NCBI GenBank assembly: GCA_024635455.1
Contig: JAGXIU010000003.1
Location: 3,966 to 67,965, forward strand
Length of the DNA stretch: 64,000 bases
Reading direction: 5' to 3'
Source of the DNA: Candidatus Saccharimonadota bacterium
GTDB taxonomy: Bacteria > Patescibacteriota > Saccharimonadia > Saccharimonadales > SLHW01
Shown here: positions 1 to 9,493 of the stretch, piece by piece
Numbering within the stretch: the stretch's first letter is position 1
Layout: each line of letters begins with the position of its first letter
Position numbers and translations under genes: made by a program
The notes under the pieces: model-generated
The model's database searches: none
The model's input: only the letters and a program-made list of their open reading frames with translations
What the model was told of the DNA's origin: nothing

Positions 1-1
1 C

Positions 2-523
2 ACTCGGGCGCTTGAAGGGAAGATTAAGGTTGCTCAGTATGCACTGAAAAAAGGTGTGCCGTATCTTGGACTATGCCTTGGACTTCAGATGGCGGTAGTA
101 GCAGCTGCTCGGAACGGCGGCATAAAAGACGCAACATCGGCAGAGATAAATCCAAATGCTGAGCATCAAGTTATTCATACAATGGCGGATCAGCATGGCT
201 TAGAAAACACTGGTGGCACAATGCGCCTTGGGAATTATAATTGTCACCTAGAGAAAAGCTCCCGCAGCGCTAAGCTATATGGATCAACAAAAATCGCTGA
301 ACGCCATCGCCATCGCTACGAGTGCAATAATGCATACAGGGATTCATACGAAGGCTGGGGAATTCGCCCAGTCGGCATTAATCCAGAGAACAATCTAGTC
401 GAGGTAATTGAGGGCGTCGATCATCCGTTTTTTGTTGCGAGCCAGTTTCATCCTGAGTTTAGTTCACGGCCGAATCGACCAAATCCATTGTTCCGTGGTT
501 TCATCAAAGCACTATTGCGATAA
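2..523 (+). CDS. pyrG: CTP synthase, C-terminal glutamine-amidotransferase part (5' end lies outside window)
   Basis: Reading frame is open from the window edge. Has the PYLGLCLGLQ nucleophile-Cys motif and the HRHRYE and ASQFHPEF class-I GATase motifs. Confidence 0.9.
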   Translation, partial: TRALEGKIKVAQYALKKGVPYLGLCLGLQMAVVAAARNGGIKDATSAEINPNAEHQVIHTMADQHGLENTGGTMRLGNYNCHLEKSSRSAKLYGSTKIAERHRHRYECNNAYRDSYEGWGIRPVGINPENNLVEVIEGVDHPFFVASQFHPEFSSRPNRPNPLFRGFIKALLR

Positions 524-937
524 GTGATAAAACATACTATCATTAGCAGTATGGATGAACAAACAAAACTGAAGAAGATTTTATTAGTAGAAGACGATAA
601 CGCACTAGCGAGCGTGTATGAAACTAGGCTACAGGCTGAAGGTTTTGACCTGAAGCGTGTGCCAAACGGTGAAGACGCGTTAGCCGCGGCGACACAATAT
701 AAGCCAGACCTTATATTGCTTGATGTCATGATGCCGAAGGTAAGCGGTTTCGATGTACTCGATATTATTCGTAATACACCTGAAGTGGCCCAGGTAAAGA
801 TTATTATGCTCACTGCGTTGAGCCAAGATGCTGATCGTGAGCGAGCGGAGAGTCTCGGTGTTGATGACTATCTCGTGAAGTCACAAGTTGTTATATCTGA
901 TGTGGTTGATCGCATCAAGCAACGTCTTGAAATGTAG
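524..937 (+). CDS. Stand-alone response-regulator receiver domain (CheY-like, no output domain)
   Basis: Motifs LLVEDD, PDLILLDVMMPKVSG (phospho-Asp), IMLTA and YLVKS. Start is GTG 524 or ATG 551. Close paralog of the N-terminus of 42321-43787. Confidence 0.85.
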   Translation: MIKHTIISSMDEQTKLKKILLVEDDNALASVYETRLQAEGFDLKRVPNGEDALAAATQYKPDLILLDVMMPKVSGFDVLDIIRNTPEVAQVKIIMLTALSQDADRERAESLGVDDYLVKSQVVISDVVDRIKQRLEM

Positions 938-989
938 GCAATTTTATTCCTCTCTACTGGTCGACTGTTGTATAGCTAAAGGCTATTAA

Positions 990-1018
990 TTGACATTTAT
1001 GCAAATAAGTGCTACTAT
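990..1018 (+). promoter_or_regulatory. Sigma-70-type promoter candidate for the FHA-domain gene
   Basis: TTGACA (990-995), 17-nt spacer, TACTAT (1013-1018), about 35 nt upstream of ATG 1053. Confidence 0.4.
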
Positions 1019-1052
1019 TCTTGCTGTACACAAATAAAACAAAAACACCAAT

Positions 1053-2681
1053 ATGCAAAGTCCCGAACACATACCACGAGATGAATTTGCCCCACCACTT
1101 CCCGAAGGGGTGCGCCGTGTTGAATCGGACATTTTTAATAATATGGTAGGCAAATCTGGCGAAGAATACGAGCAAGAATACGCCGATGGCTTTAGTGAGC
1201 AGTTAGAGACGAGCGGTCTTGAACGACGACTACTGGACCATGAAGCCGCAGCGGTTGACCTAAATACGGCAATTGCCGGAGCTGATAACCATACGCAAAA
1301 AGTCCACTCGTCACTACATGGGGTGATACGAGCGGGGGATAGCTTTTTTTCGGTATTTTCGACCAGACTTGATAGTCTTGAAGCTGAACCACAGGTGGTG
1401 ATAAGTCAGATGCGACCTGATGCTACCAAGGCGCGCCGACCTTGGGTGGTTGGTGTTTTGCATAAAGATGAGCCGCTGCATCTAGGTAGAGATTATCAAG
1501 ACGATCTAAGTATGAGTACGTCTCGTGATCACTGCACCATTGAGCTAAAGGATGGCGTGCTGACGGTGACCGACGAATCGACCAACGGTACAGAACTGTA
1601 CCTTCAGTCACCTGAGTCAGAATCGGTGAATAACAAAACGGTTGATGAAGGCCGCTTTGGTATGCGCAGTCTGACGCATTGGCTTCGAGGGCGTAATACC
1701 GAGAAAGACGTAACTCAATCGACCGAAGATTCGCCACTCGACAGTATATATACCTGGGCGCCGCCATCAACAGATATAAAAGCCTCAATTACCGTTGATC
1801 AACATAACCAACTTGATGATGTGACCGACCACGAGAACACACTTGAGGATGAGGCAGCGCCACTCTGGCAAAAGATTGATCAGCTCGCGAGCCCTGAGGG
1901 GCGGCAGGCATTGATGCAGTCTTTGTCGGAGGAGCTTGCCACACCGGCGATGCGTTCAATTGCGGAAATGCAGCGAGGTATTGACGAGGTCTTTCAGCAG
2001 TACAAAAGTCGAGGCGCTCACCCTGAATTACACGATTATCGCCTAGATAAACGCGACCATGAAGAGATGAAGCGTTTGGAAGAAGAGATTATCGCGACTC
2101 ATGGTCAAGAAGCCTATCACGCCTACATGGATATGCATCAGCGCCTCGAGGCCACACAGGGAGGTGAGGTAGCCTATCTCTCTAACTCTGAATCTCTTGT
2201 TACGCTACATACCTTATTTGGGCAGGCAGAAAACGCCGCGACTGCTGAAACACCTCATCAGTTTGTGCCAAACGAGCGGGTTGACTTTATGCGCAAGCGA
2301 GCTCGTGGACAAATACGCACGATCCTTTCGCCGAAAGAGGAGCCAATTGATATCCCCATTGGGATGTTTATATCAGCAGAAAGTTTGCAGTCATGGGAGA
2401 ACGGCCGCGGAGAAGGTGAGCCGAAAAATGGCAGTACCAGTCGGGAAGAAATAGAGCGCTATGCTAGTCTACCGGCAGAAACCGCTCCGCCCGTTGATCA
2501 CGCTAATGCCTATATGCTACCAGATGGCCGCGTGTACGTATCATCAGAGAACGCCCATCGTGTTGCGGCTGCAGTACGTCGCGGGGACACACACGTCAAG
2601 TTTCGAGGCAGTATGGGTGTCTATGTACTCGACTCGACACCTGCTGTACTTGGCGAGAACTTGACGCCACCGAATCCATAA
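1053..2681 (+). CDS. FHA-domain protein with large uncharacterised C-terminal region
   Basis: FHA signature LHLGRDYQDDLSMSTSRDHCTIELKDGVLTVTDESTNGTELY. The remaining ~350 aa have no motif I recognise. Confidence 0.7.
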   Translation: MQSPEHIPRDEFAPPLPEGVRRVESDIFNNMVGKSGEEYEQEYADGFSEQLETSGLERRLLDHEAAAVDLNTAIAGADNHTQKVHSSLHGVIRAGDSFFSVFSTRLDSLEAEPQVVISQMRPDATKARRPWVVGVLHKDEPLHLGRDYQDDLSMSTSRDHCTIELKDGVLTVTDESTNGTELYLQSPESESVNNKTVDEGRFGMRSLTHWLRGRNTEKDVTQSTEDSPLDSIYTWAPPSTDIKASITVDQHNQLDDVTDHENTLEDEAAPLWQKIDQLASPEGRQALMQSLSEELATPAMRSIAEMQRGIDEVFQQYKSRGAHPELHDYRLDKRDHEEMKRLEEEIIATHGQEAYHAYMDMHQRLEATQGGEVAYLSNSESLVTLHTLFGQAENAATAETPHQFVPNERVDFMRKRARGQIRTILSPKEEPIDIPIGMFISAESLQSWENGRGEGEPKNGSTSREEIERYASLPAETAPPVDHANAYMLPDGRVYVSSENAHRVAAAVRRGDTHVKFRGSMGVYVLDSTPAVLGENLTPPNP

Positions 2682-2725
2682 AAGTTACTGCGCAAAGAAA
2701 AAAAAGTAGGGTTTTACTCCGCAGT

Positions 2726-2998
2726 CTATTCGACGGTAACTTCTGTGCGTGGTGCGGTTTTGCCGCTAAAGAGCTTGAAACGGCGTTTGTTAAAGCGTAC
2801 GACACCGTCTTTGGCAGCATGAATAGTGAAATCTCGGCTCATGAATGTACCGACACCTGGACGTTTATTTGATCCAGCTTGACGAATAATAATTTGACCA
2901 GTTTTGACTGGTTCACCACCAAATAGCTTAACGCCGAGTCGTCTACCGGCACTATCGCGGTTATTTCTGCTGGATCCACCTGCTTTTACTTTACTCAT
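2726..2998 (-). CDS. rpmA: 50S ribosomal protein L27
   Basis: [29 protein letters not shown]...IIIRQAGS is a typical L27 N-terminus. Length 90 aa. Confidence 0.95.
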   Translation of the reverse strand: MSKVKAGGSSRNNRDSAGRRLGVKLFGGEPVKTGQIIIRQAGSNKRPGVGTFMSRDFTIHAAKDGVVRFNKRRFKLFSGKTAPRTEVTVE

Positions 2999-3193
2999 TT
3001 TGACCTCTTGTCAGTCGGCCTGCTTGCTAGCGGAGCTATCAACCCCGCCGACTTCTCGGCACATTACTGCGTCAGAACCGTCGCTTTTCACTCAACGTAG
3101 TATGTCTACGTCTCGCTAAAAAAAGCTCGCTTCTTCCTTGTACTGTATCCAAGCAAGTGGCCAAAACTGTATTCTTAAATTACGTGCTATGTT

Positions 3194-4534
3194 TTACGTC
3201 CGGGTGAGGACGACGAGTTCACGCCCAACGATTTGACCTTCTCTGTGATAGATAAGCTCTGAATCTTTAGCATGCACAAAACTCACACGATTATAACCTA
3301 GTTCATCAAGAGATTCAAGCACTTTAAGGTGTCGAAACGAATTATGTACGCGCCAGGCCGGCACCGCAATACACATTCGAAAGCCAGCCTCGGTTTGTCG
3401 GGCAACGTTTCGGAGGAATTTTCGATGGATCGTATCGACATCCTGCATGACTTTTTGTAAGGTTCGATCATCTGGTAAAGCAGAGAAGGGGCGACCAAGA
3501 TACGTCTCGGCTGCAATTGTGTCGAACGTGGCATCCCAGGTAGCGCTTGTTGCGTCTGCCTCTAGAACTGTTATGTTGCTTTGCTCTATATCACCATCGG
3601 AAATATCATCGCTGAGGGCGTTGAGCCAGGCTAAGTTTTTTTGGCTATATGCAACCATGCGTTCATCAATGTCTGAGCCAATAGCTCCGTAGTTCATGAG
3701 TGTTGCTTCTTGCAGAATGACACCGGTGCCGCAAAAAGGATCCAACACAGTGATGAAGGTCTCGTTACTTTGCCAATCAAAGCTCGACATGTGACGAGGA
3801 TCTTGAGCGAGCTCTTTGTTCGTAGCGCTATCTTGTTCCTCAGGTTCTTTCTCTGTGATTGTAGATTTCTGTCGAGACGGCGTGAATGAGCTGGCGGCGA
3901 GGTTTATGATGATTTGCGCTAGCTTTGGTGGTAGCATACCGACTTTAGCGTCGCGCATTGGTCGAGCTTGGTCACGAGCAGCGTAGGCTTCAATATCTTG
4001 GACTGCGACCGTCTGTCCAAAATGCACCAAGCCATCTTGCTCCGATTTGCTGATAATGAGCTCTAAGCCTTTTTCTGCGGTAAGTTTGTTATGTATAACC
4101 TGTGCAGTAGAGAGCTCTAGGCTTTTGTTAGGAATAATACGGACTGACTTACCATCTGCGCGTAACTTCTTTTTGATACGTAAGAATGTTTTCTCGATTT
4201 GCTTAATCGGTACCTGCATGCCGTATACGCTACAGCCAAGTTTAATCTTGCCTTCTGGGTAATCTTTGAGCTGTAAGGGAAGTGTTTGTAGCAGATACTC
4301 CTCGATAGCGGGCCAGTTCGCCTTTGGGCTGCTGCTCAAGAGTCGGGCTATTTTTGTGGTGCCGCCTAATGAGTCGATCATTGCTCTCGTTGGGTGGACT
4401 CCCACTTCTGCAGCCTGTTTATTTTGCGCAACTACACTATCCGCACCAAAGCGACTCTCTAGCTCTACTAGACTAATGGCTGGTTGCCGGCCAAGGATAC
4501 AAAGTGATTTCATGTCTGTATTGTACCTGCTCAA
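3194..4534 (-). CDS. SAM-dependent RNA methyltransferase, UPF0020/Trm-G10-like (putative tRNA/rRNA N2-guanine MTase)
   Basis: SAM motif I LDPFCGTGVILQEA. Upstream PMRDAKVGMLPPKLAQIIINLA is typical of the UPF0020 family. Carries an acidic insertion before motif I. Confidence 0.6.
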   Translation of the reverse strand: MSRYNTDMKSLCILGRQPAISLVELESRFGADSVVAQNKQAAEVGVHPTRAMIDSLGGTTKIARLLSSSPKANWPAIEEYLLQTLPLQLKDYPEGKIKLGCSVYGMQVPIKQIEKTFLRIKKKLRADGKSVRIIPNKSLELSTAQVIHNKLTAEKGLELIISKSEQDGLVHFGQTVAVQDIEAYAARDQARPMRDAKVGMLPPKLAQIIINLAASSFTPSRQKSTITEKEPEEQDSATNKELAQDPRHMSSFDWQSNETFITVLDPFCGTGVILQEATLMNYGAIGSDIDERMVAYSQKNLAWLNALSDDISDGDIEQSNITVLEADATSATWDATFDTIAAETYLGRPFSALPDDRTLQKVMQDVDTIHRKFLRNVARQTEAGFRMCIAVPAWRVHNSFRHLKVLESLDELGYNRVSFVHAKDSELIYHREGQIVGRELVVLTRT

Positions 4535-4616
4535 TCAGTTCCTGCCACATATGTTTTATGCCGAACAGGGGTAGTAGAGTCGAGTAGGCTAGTATATACT
4601 AAGGTGCTAAGAGCAT

Positions 4617-5654
4617 ATGAAAAATCCGACTCGTCAACGAAAGATTAAGCTATACGTTACTGTCATAACATTTGTGGCACTGGTGGCGATATCTTTTTCC
4701 ATCAGAGACGAGATACTCGATACTATCGCCAATATCCGCACTGCCACGCTTTGGCCGATTATTGCTATATTTCCACTGGCTTTCCTGAACCATTTGGCCC
4801 TCGGTAAGTTATATCAAGCGGTGTTTCGAATACTCGGAGACAGGTTTCGGACACGTTCAATGGTGCGCTTGAGCCTTGAGCTTAATTTCGTCAACCTAGT
4901 ATTTCCATCAGCCGGTGTAAGCGGCTTCTCGTATCTTGGTATTCGCATGAAAGGCGAGGAGATAGAGCCAGGTAAATCAGCGCTAGTCCAGGCCATGCGC
5001 TTTACCATGCTATTTATATCATTCCAGATATTGCTGGGCATCGGACTATTGTTGCTGGCGCTAGTTGGCAGGGTGAACAACTTCGTTATATTGGTAGCGG
5101 CCTCTTTGTCGACATTGTTGTTCGTCGGTACGATTTTAGTTGGATTCATTGTTAGCAGTAAGAAGCGCATCAACGGTTTTTTCACCGGGCTCACAAAAGT
5201 GACGAATCGGCTTATACAGATTGTGCGCCCAAAACATCCTGAAACCATAAATATCAAGCGAGTAGAAAAGGTCTTCACAGACCTCCATAATAATTACAGA
5301 CTTATTCGTAATAATTTTACTGAGCTACGCCGACCAATCTTATTTGCATTTGCCTCAAATGTTACAGAGATTACATCGGTTTACTTGGCATTTATTGCTT
5401 TTGGCGCCACCGTGAATCCAGGAGCAATAATCATTGCTTATGCAGTAGCAAATTTCGCAGGCATAGTGTCTATATTGCCTGGGGGTATTGGTGTATATGA
5501 AGGCCTTATGACTGGAGTGCTTGTCGCTACTGGTGTGCCCGTGGCTGTTACTTTGCCAGGAATAATCACGTTCCGAGTAGTAAGTATGTTGAGCCAAGTT
5601 CCCGTCGGATACTATTTTTATCAAAAGAACCTTAGTTCACATACGCACTTATGA
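4617..5654 (+). CDS. Polytopic membrane protein, lysylphosphatidylglycerol-synthase-TM / UPF0104 flippase-like family
   Basis: About 8 predicted TM helices. C-terminal LPGGIGVYEG motif is typical of this family. Confidence 0.6.
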   Translation: MKNPTRQRKIKLYVTVITFVALVAISFSIRDEILDTIANIRTATLWPIIAIFPLAFLNHLALGKLYQAVFRILGDRFRTRSMVRLSLELNFVNLVFPSAGVSGFSYLGIRMKGEEIEPGKSALVQAMRFTMLFISFQILLGIGLLLLALVGRVNNFVILVAASLSTLLFVGTILVGFIVSSKKRINGFFTGLTKVTNRLIQIVRPKHPETINIKRVEKVFTDLHNNYRLIRNNFTELRRPILFAFASNVTEITSVYLAFIAFGATVNPGAIIIAYAVANFAGIVSILPGGIGVYEGLMTGVLVATGVPVAVTLPGIITFRVVSMLSQVPVGYYFYQKNLSSHTHL

Positions 5655-6784
5655 GCCAGGATCCTATATTTGCACCAAGCGACTTCGTAGCTGTATTAAA
5701 CCAAACGCTGGATTTTGCTTATCCAAGCGTACTGATACGTGGGGAAGTGGCTGAACTCCGTATTCGAAAGAATCGATGGGTGTACTTCAAGCTGGTTGAT
5801 AGCACTGCTTCAGTATCATTTTTTGGCACTGTCCAGCAGCTTTCACATGAGGTCCAAGAGGGGATGTTGTTTCAGGTACGTGGTTTTCCTCGGCTACACC
5901 AACTCTACGGCTTTAGTGTTCAAGTGCAGTTTATGCAACCGGTTGGCGAAGGCTCTATCAAAAAGTCAGCAGACATACTCATCGAAAAGTTGAAGAAAGA
6001 GGGTTTGTTCGACGCGAGCCGTAAAAAGTTTGTAGAAATTCCACCACAGCGCATTGGCTTGATTACATCAGCGGAGTCAGCTGCATACCAGGACGTCATT
6101 AAGATACTCAACCAACGTTGGGGTGGATTATCCATAGAGCTCATTGATGTACATGTACAAGGCGAGTCCGCTCAGAACGATATAATTGACGCGCTCTATA
6201 CCTTTGAGCAGCAAGACGTACCGCCTGATGCTGTGCTCATAACACGAGGTGGTGGTAGTGCTGAGGATTTGTCGGTTTTTAGCAGTGAGCATGTGACTCG
6301 GGCGGTGGCGGCAAGCTCGATTCCAACAGTAGTTGCGGTTGGCCACGAAACCGATGTGAGTCTGGCTGAACTGGCTGCTGATATGCGGGCCAGTACACCG
6401 AGTAACGCTGCAGAATTGCTTGTGCCAGATAGGAAAGATGTAGGGGAGTATGTTCGCCAATCTCGAGCAACTCTGCACTCTTACTTACAAAGAGCATTAC
6501 GGAGCGAGCGTGATGAGCTTGTGGCGCAACGCGAGCAATTGGATGCCTCACTACTATCGTGCTTAGACTGGCATAAGACCAACCTCAGTCGGACTAAGCA
6601 GATCGTTCGAGCGCTTGATCCATATGAGCTCCTTCAGCGGGGCTATAGTATTATTCGTGATGAGGTTGGGCAAGTAATCCGCTCAGGGTCCTCGCTACAA
6701 AAGAAAGATCTACTATCTATTCGATTTCATGACGCAGATGTGGGTGCCCTGGTACAATCAGTTCATAAGAATTCAAGCAAATAA
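5651..6784 (+). CDS. xseA: Exodeoxyribonuclease VII large subunit
   Basis: N-terminal OB-fold GEVAELRIRKNRWVYFKL, catalytic core ITRGGGSAEDL, 4-nt overlap with the upstream gene, followed by xseB. Confidence 0.9.
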   Translation: MSQDPIFAPSDFVAVLNQTLDFAYPSVLIRGEVAELRIRKNRWVYFKLVDSTASVSFFGTVQQLSHEVQEGMLFQVRGFPRLHQLYGFSVQVQFMQPVGEGSIKKSADILIEKLKKEGLFDASRKKFVEIPPQRIGLITSAESAAYQDVIKILNQRWGGLSIELIDVHVQGESAQNDIIDALYTFEQQDVPPDAVLITRGGGSAEDLSVFSSEHVTRAVAASSIPTVVAVGHETDVSLAELAADMRASTPSNAAELLVPDRKDVGEYVRQSRATLHSYLQRALRSERDELVAQREQLDASLLSCLDWHKTNLSRTKQIVRALDPYELLQRGYSIIRDEVGQVIRSGSSLQKKDLLSIRFHDADVGALVQSVHKNSSK

Positions 6785-6798
6785 CGAAAGGTATAACC

Positions 6799-7011
6799 AT
6801 GAGTAAAAAGCAAGTCAACTACAATAAACTTCGTGCTGAGCTAGACGAGATAATGGCGTCATTACAGGCTCCCACTATAGATATTGACCAGGCAACTGAG
6901 TTGCATGATCGTGCAAACAAAATCATTGACCAGCTTGAGGCATACCTAAATGAGACAGAAAATCACATAAAGCAATTGGAGAAAAAGAAAAAGCCAGAAA
7001 AGAAGACATAG
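6799..7011 (+). CDS. xseB: Exodeoxyribonuclease VII small subunit
   Basis: 70-aa helical protein immediately after xseA. ELDEIMASLQ...IDIDQATELHDRANKI matches the XseB pattern. Confidence 0.8.
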   Translation: MSKKQVNYNKLRAELDEIMASLQAPTIDIDQATELHDRANKIIDQLEAYLNETENHIKQLEKKKKPEKKT

Positions 7012-7508
7012 TGGCGGTAGTAATTGTCCTATTAATTTCGCTGGTATTTTTATTCGGCTTCGTGGTGTGGGTTGGCCCACCGTATTTACCAACCATGCGA
7101 CTACAAATTAAAACGGCGCTGGATATGTTAGATCTAAGCCCGGGCGAAACCATGATTGAGCTTGGTAGCGGAGATGGTCGAGTTGCTCGGGCAGCTGCTC
7201 AACGTGGCATCAAAGTAGTAGGTTATGAGATAAACCCACTCCTTGTGTTGTATTCTCGTATTATCACCTGGCGATACCGCGAAAACGTACGAATCATATG
7301 GGGGAACATGTGGACCAAGCAGTGGCCAGATGACGCTTCCGCTATATATACGTTTTTATTAGAAAAGTTTATGCAAAAGCTGGATAATAAAATTATTCAA
7401 ACATATAGTGGCAGAAACATCAAGCTTGTGAGCTTTGCGTTTTCCATCCCGGGTAAAACAGCAGTTCAGGATGAGAATGGCGTTCTGCTTTATGAATACA
7501 GTTCCTAA
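7011..7508 (+). CDS. Membrane-anchored class I SAM-dependent methyltransferase
   Basis: N-terminal TM helix followed by motif I IELGSGDGRVARAAAQRGIKVVGYEINP. Confidence 0.6.
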   Translation: MAVVIVLLISLVFLFGFVVWVGPPYLPTMRLQIKTALDMLDLSPGETMIELGSGDGRVARAAAQRGIKVVGYEINPLLVLYSRIITWRYRENVRIIWGNMWTKQWPDDASAIYTFLLEKFMQKLDNKIIQTYSGRNIKLVSFAFSIPGKTAVQDENGVLLYEYSS

Positions 7509-7553
7509 ACACATGGCATTAGGCAAATAGCTCGTGTTATCATAAGCACTAAT

Positions 7554-8300
7554 ATGCCACCACAACAACAGCAACCACCACCACAGGGTATGTATCCGAA
7601 TCAGCCAACACCGCCAGCAGGCCCACCGCCTGAGTATTCGTCAGCTTCTCAGAGCAAGCACCATCATGGTAAGGGCCTACTCATAACGGTGATTATACTC
7701 AGCATAGCTCTCGTAGGCGTCTCGGCCTTTGCTGTCTGGGCGTTCATGGAGCGTCAAGAGTACAAAAACAACGTAGATGGTATTGTAGCAACAGAGGTTG
7801 ATACGGCAGTATCTGAACGTGAGCAGCAGCTTGAGGCGGAATTTACTGAGCGCGAAAAAGAACCGCTCGATAGCTACACTAGCCCATCGGCATATGGAGA
7901 AGTTACCGTAGAATATCCAAAAACTTGGTCGGCTTATGTTGAGGAGACTGATAGCGGATCTACACCAGTTGAAGGATTCTTCCATCCCAGCTTTGTTCCT
8001 GATGAGAGCGATAATATAATTGCTCTTCGCCTAGAGATTTCAAATCGTTCATACGCTGACTCACTTCGACGTTTTGAGAGTCTAGCTCGGTCAGATAGGG
8101 TGAGCATTTCACCAATTGAAGCAGTCAATGTTGACGGTGTCGTCGGGTCACGCGTTGATGGCGAAATATCATCTGACCTTGAGGGGAGCGTTGTATTGTT
8201 TGAGCTTCGCGATAAAACACTATTACTTACAACTGAATCGACCGAGTTCAAGCAAGATTTCGACAACATTATCTTGAAAAACCTGACCTTTAACCCATAG
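7554..8300 (+). CDS. Hypothetical membrane-anchored protein with Pro/Gln-rich cytoplasmic N-terminus
   Basis: MPPQQQQPPPQG..., one TM helix (LLITVIILSIALVGVSAFAVWAF), extracytoplasmic domain. No motif recognised. Confidence 0.5.
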   Translation: MPPQQQQPPPQGMYPNQPTPPAGPPPEYSSASQSKHHHGKGLLITVIILSIALVGVSAFAVWAFMERQEYKNNVDGIVATEVDTAVSEREQQLEAEFTEREKEPLDSYTSPSAYGEVTVEYPKTWSAYVEETDSGSTPVEGFFHPSFVPDESDNIIALRLEISNRSYADSLRRFESLARSDRVSISPIEAVNVDGVVGSRVDGEISSDLEGSVVLFELRDKTLLLTTESTEFKQDFDNIILKNLTFNP

Positions 8301-8400
8301 TCTCTTGGGCGAATCTATTGCCGATAGCCGTTAGTAGCATAGACGTGTTCAAGTGCGTTATACTGGGTACTATTAAGGGGTAAAAGGTACGTCTAGCTAT

Positions 8401-9096
8401 ATGAAGAACGAACACACATTCAGTGCAGCTGATGCGTCACGAGTACCACTGGCGACGCTGGCACAGCATGTTCGGCAATCACTTCTACAGATAGCGCAGT
8501 ATGCTCAATCTGGGGTGGGGAATGAGTCGCAGATTGATACGATTGCTCGTACAACCACAAAGCTACTAGACTGCTACATCCTTAGTGGTCACAGCGAGCA
8601 GTTAGAGCTAGCTGTTGAGCCGGTATCACTCGGCTCTGTCCTGCAGGATGTGCTGCACGAGCTTACCCCAATTGCGAAGCAGCATGATTGCACTATGCAA
8701 TTTGTCTCCGCCGGCGCTAGTCAATTAGTCGCAACAAATCGTGCGTTTGCGCACGCTGCTTTCTTGTCTCTGGGGCATAGCTTTATCGAGGCGATTCATA
8801 CGGACAATCCAGCTGAGCGGACTATCATCTTTGCCTCGCGTCAGTATGGCGGTAACCAAACCGCAGGTGTTTTCTCGCCAGACGTGACACTGAACGCGCG
8901 GGCGCTAAGACAGATTCGTATGCTAGCCGGCACAGCAACGCAACAGAGTGGGGTAGTTCCAGGATCGAGTAGCGGCATAATTGTGGCTGATGCTCTCTTG
9001 AATCGAACCAATAACCAGCTATATGCAAGCAAATTTCAGAATACACCTGGTCTGGCTGCCGCGTTCATCAAGAATAAGCAGATGCAATTGGTGTAG
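8401..9096 (+). CDS. Soluble histidine-kinase-like protein with degenerate ATP-binding boxes
   Basis: By-eye colinearity with the DHp/CA layout: AQHVRQSLLQIAQYAQ as an H-box-like helix, then EPVSLGSVLQDVL...NRAFAHAAFLSLGHSFIEAI. The N, G1 and G2 boxes are not conserved. No TM segment. Confidence 0.4.
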   Translation: MKNEHTFSAADASRVPLATLAQHVRQSLLQIAQYAQSGVGNESQIDTIARTTTKLLDCYILSGHSEQLELAVEPVSLGSVLQDVLHELTPIAKQHDCTMQFVSAGASQLVATNRAFAHAAFLSLGHSFIEAIHTDNPAERTIIFASRQYGGNQTAGVFSPDVTLNARALRQIRMLAGTATQQSGVVPGSSSGIIVADALLNRTNNQLYASKFQNTPGLAAAFIKNKQMQLV

Positions 9097-9103
9097 TGCG
9101 CGA

Positions 9104-9493
9104 ATGGGCCGAATACTACTCATAGAACCAGATACAATCCTTGGCAAAAACTATCAAGCTGCGTTGAAGCGGGCTGGTCATGACGTGTACCGGAGTACGA
9201 GCGCTGGTGCTGCGTTGCAGATACTTGATGAGCAGGCAATCGAACTAATCGTACTTGAGTTGTTACTTGGTGCTCACAATGGAGTAGAGTTTCTATACGA
9301 GATTCGAAGTTATTCAGATCTGAAGAACATACCGGTAATTATTAACAGCAATGTCGCACCAGCAACTGTTCGCTCTTCGCCCGGGTATAAGCTATTGGGC
9401 GTTCAGCAGTATCTATATAAGCCACATACAAAGCAATCTGAGCTAGTTGAGGCAGCTGGGATTGTCTTTGATGCTGGCGTGGTGCGGCAGTGA
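9104..9493 (+). CDS. Atypical (pseudo-)receiver domain protein, phospho-acceptor Asp replaced by Glu
   Basis: ATG 9104 (MGRILLIEPD). Receiver fold motifs are present, but ELIVLELLLGAHNG replaces the usual DLxLLDxxLPxxxG. The conserved Lys is retained (YLYKPH). Confidence 0.6.
   Translation: MGRILLIEPDTILGKNYQAALKRAGHDVYRSTSAGAALQILDEQAIELIVLELLLGAHNGVEFLYEIRSYSDLKNIPVIINSNVAPATVRSSPGYKLLGVQQYLYKPHTKQSELVEAAGIVFDAGVVRQ

Noticed and set aside
448-813. Minus-strand 121-aa ORF antisense to pyrG and the receiver gene. The same applies to many other antisense or alternative-frame ORFs in the track, e.g. 1192-1392, 1423-1788, 2197-2664, 21050-21472 and 23013-23411.
   Set aside because: They overlap genes with clear family motifs on the other strand or frame, have odd composition, and carry no recognisable motifs. 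They are treated as spurious.
2999-3193. rpmA has no rplU (L21) immediately upstream. Instead there is a 195-nt hairpin-containing leader (GCCGA-GAAG-TCGGC).
   Set aside because: The absence of L21 cannot be judged from one window, and the leader hairpins are short. It is not strong enough to call a ribosomal-protein leader.
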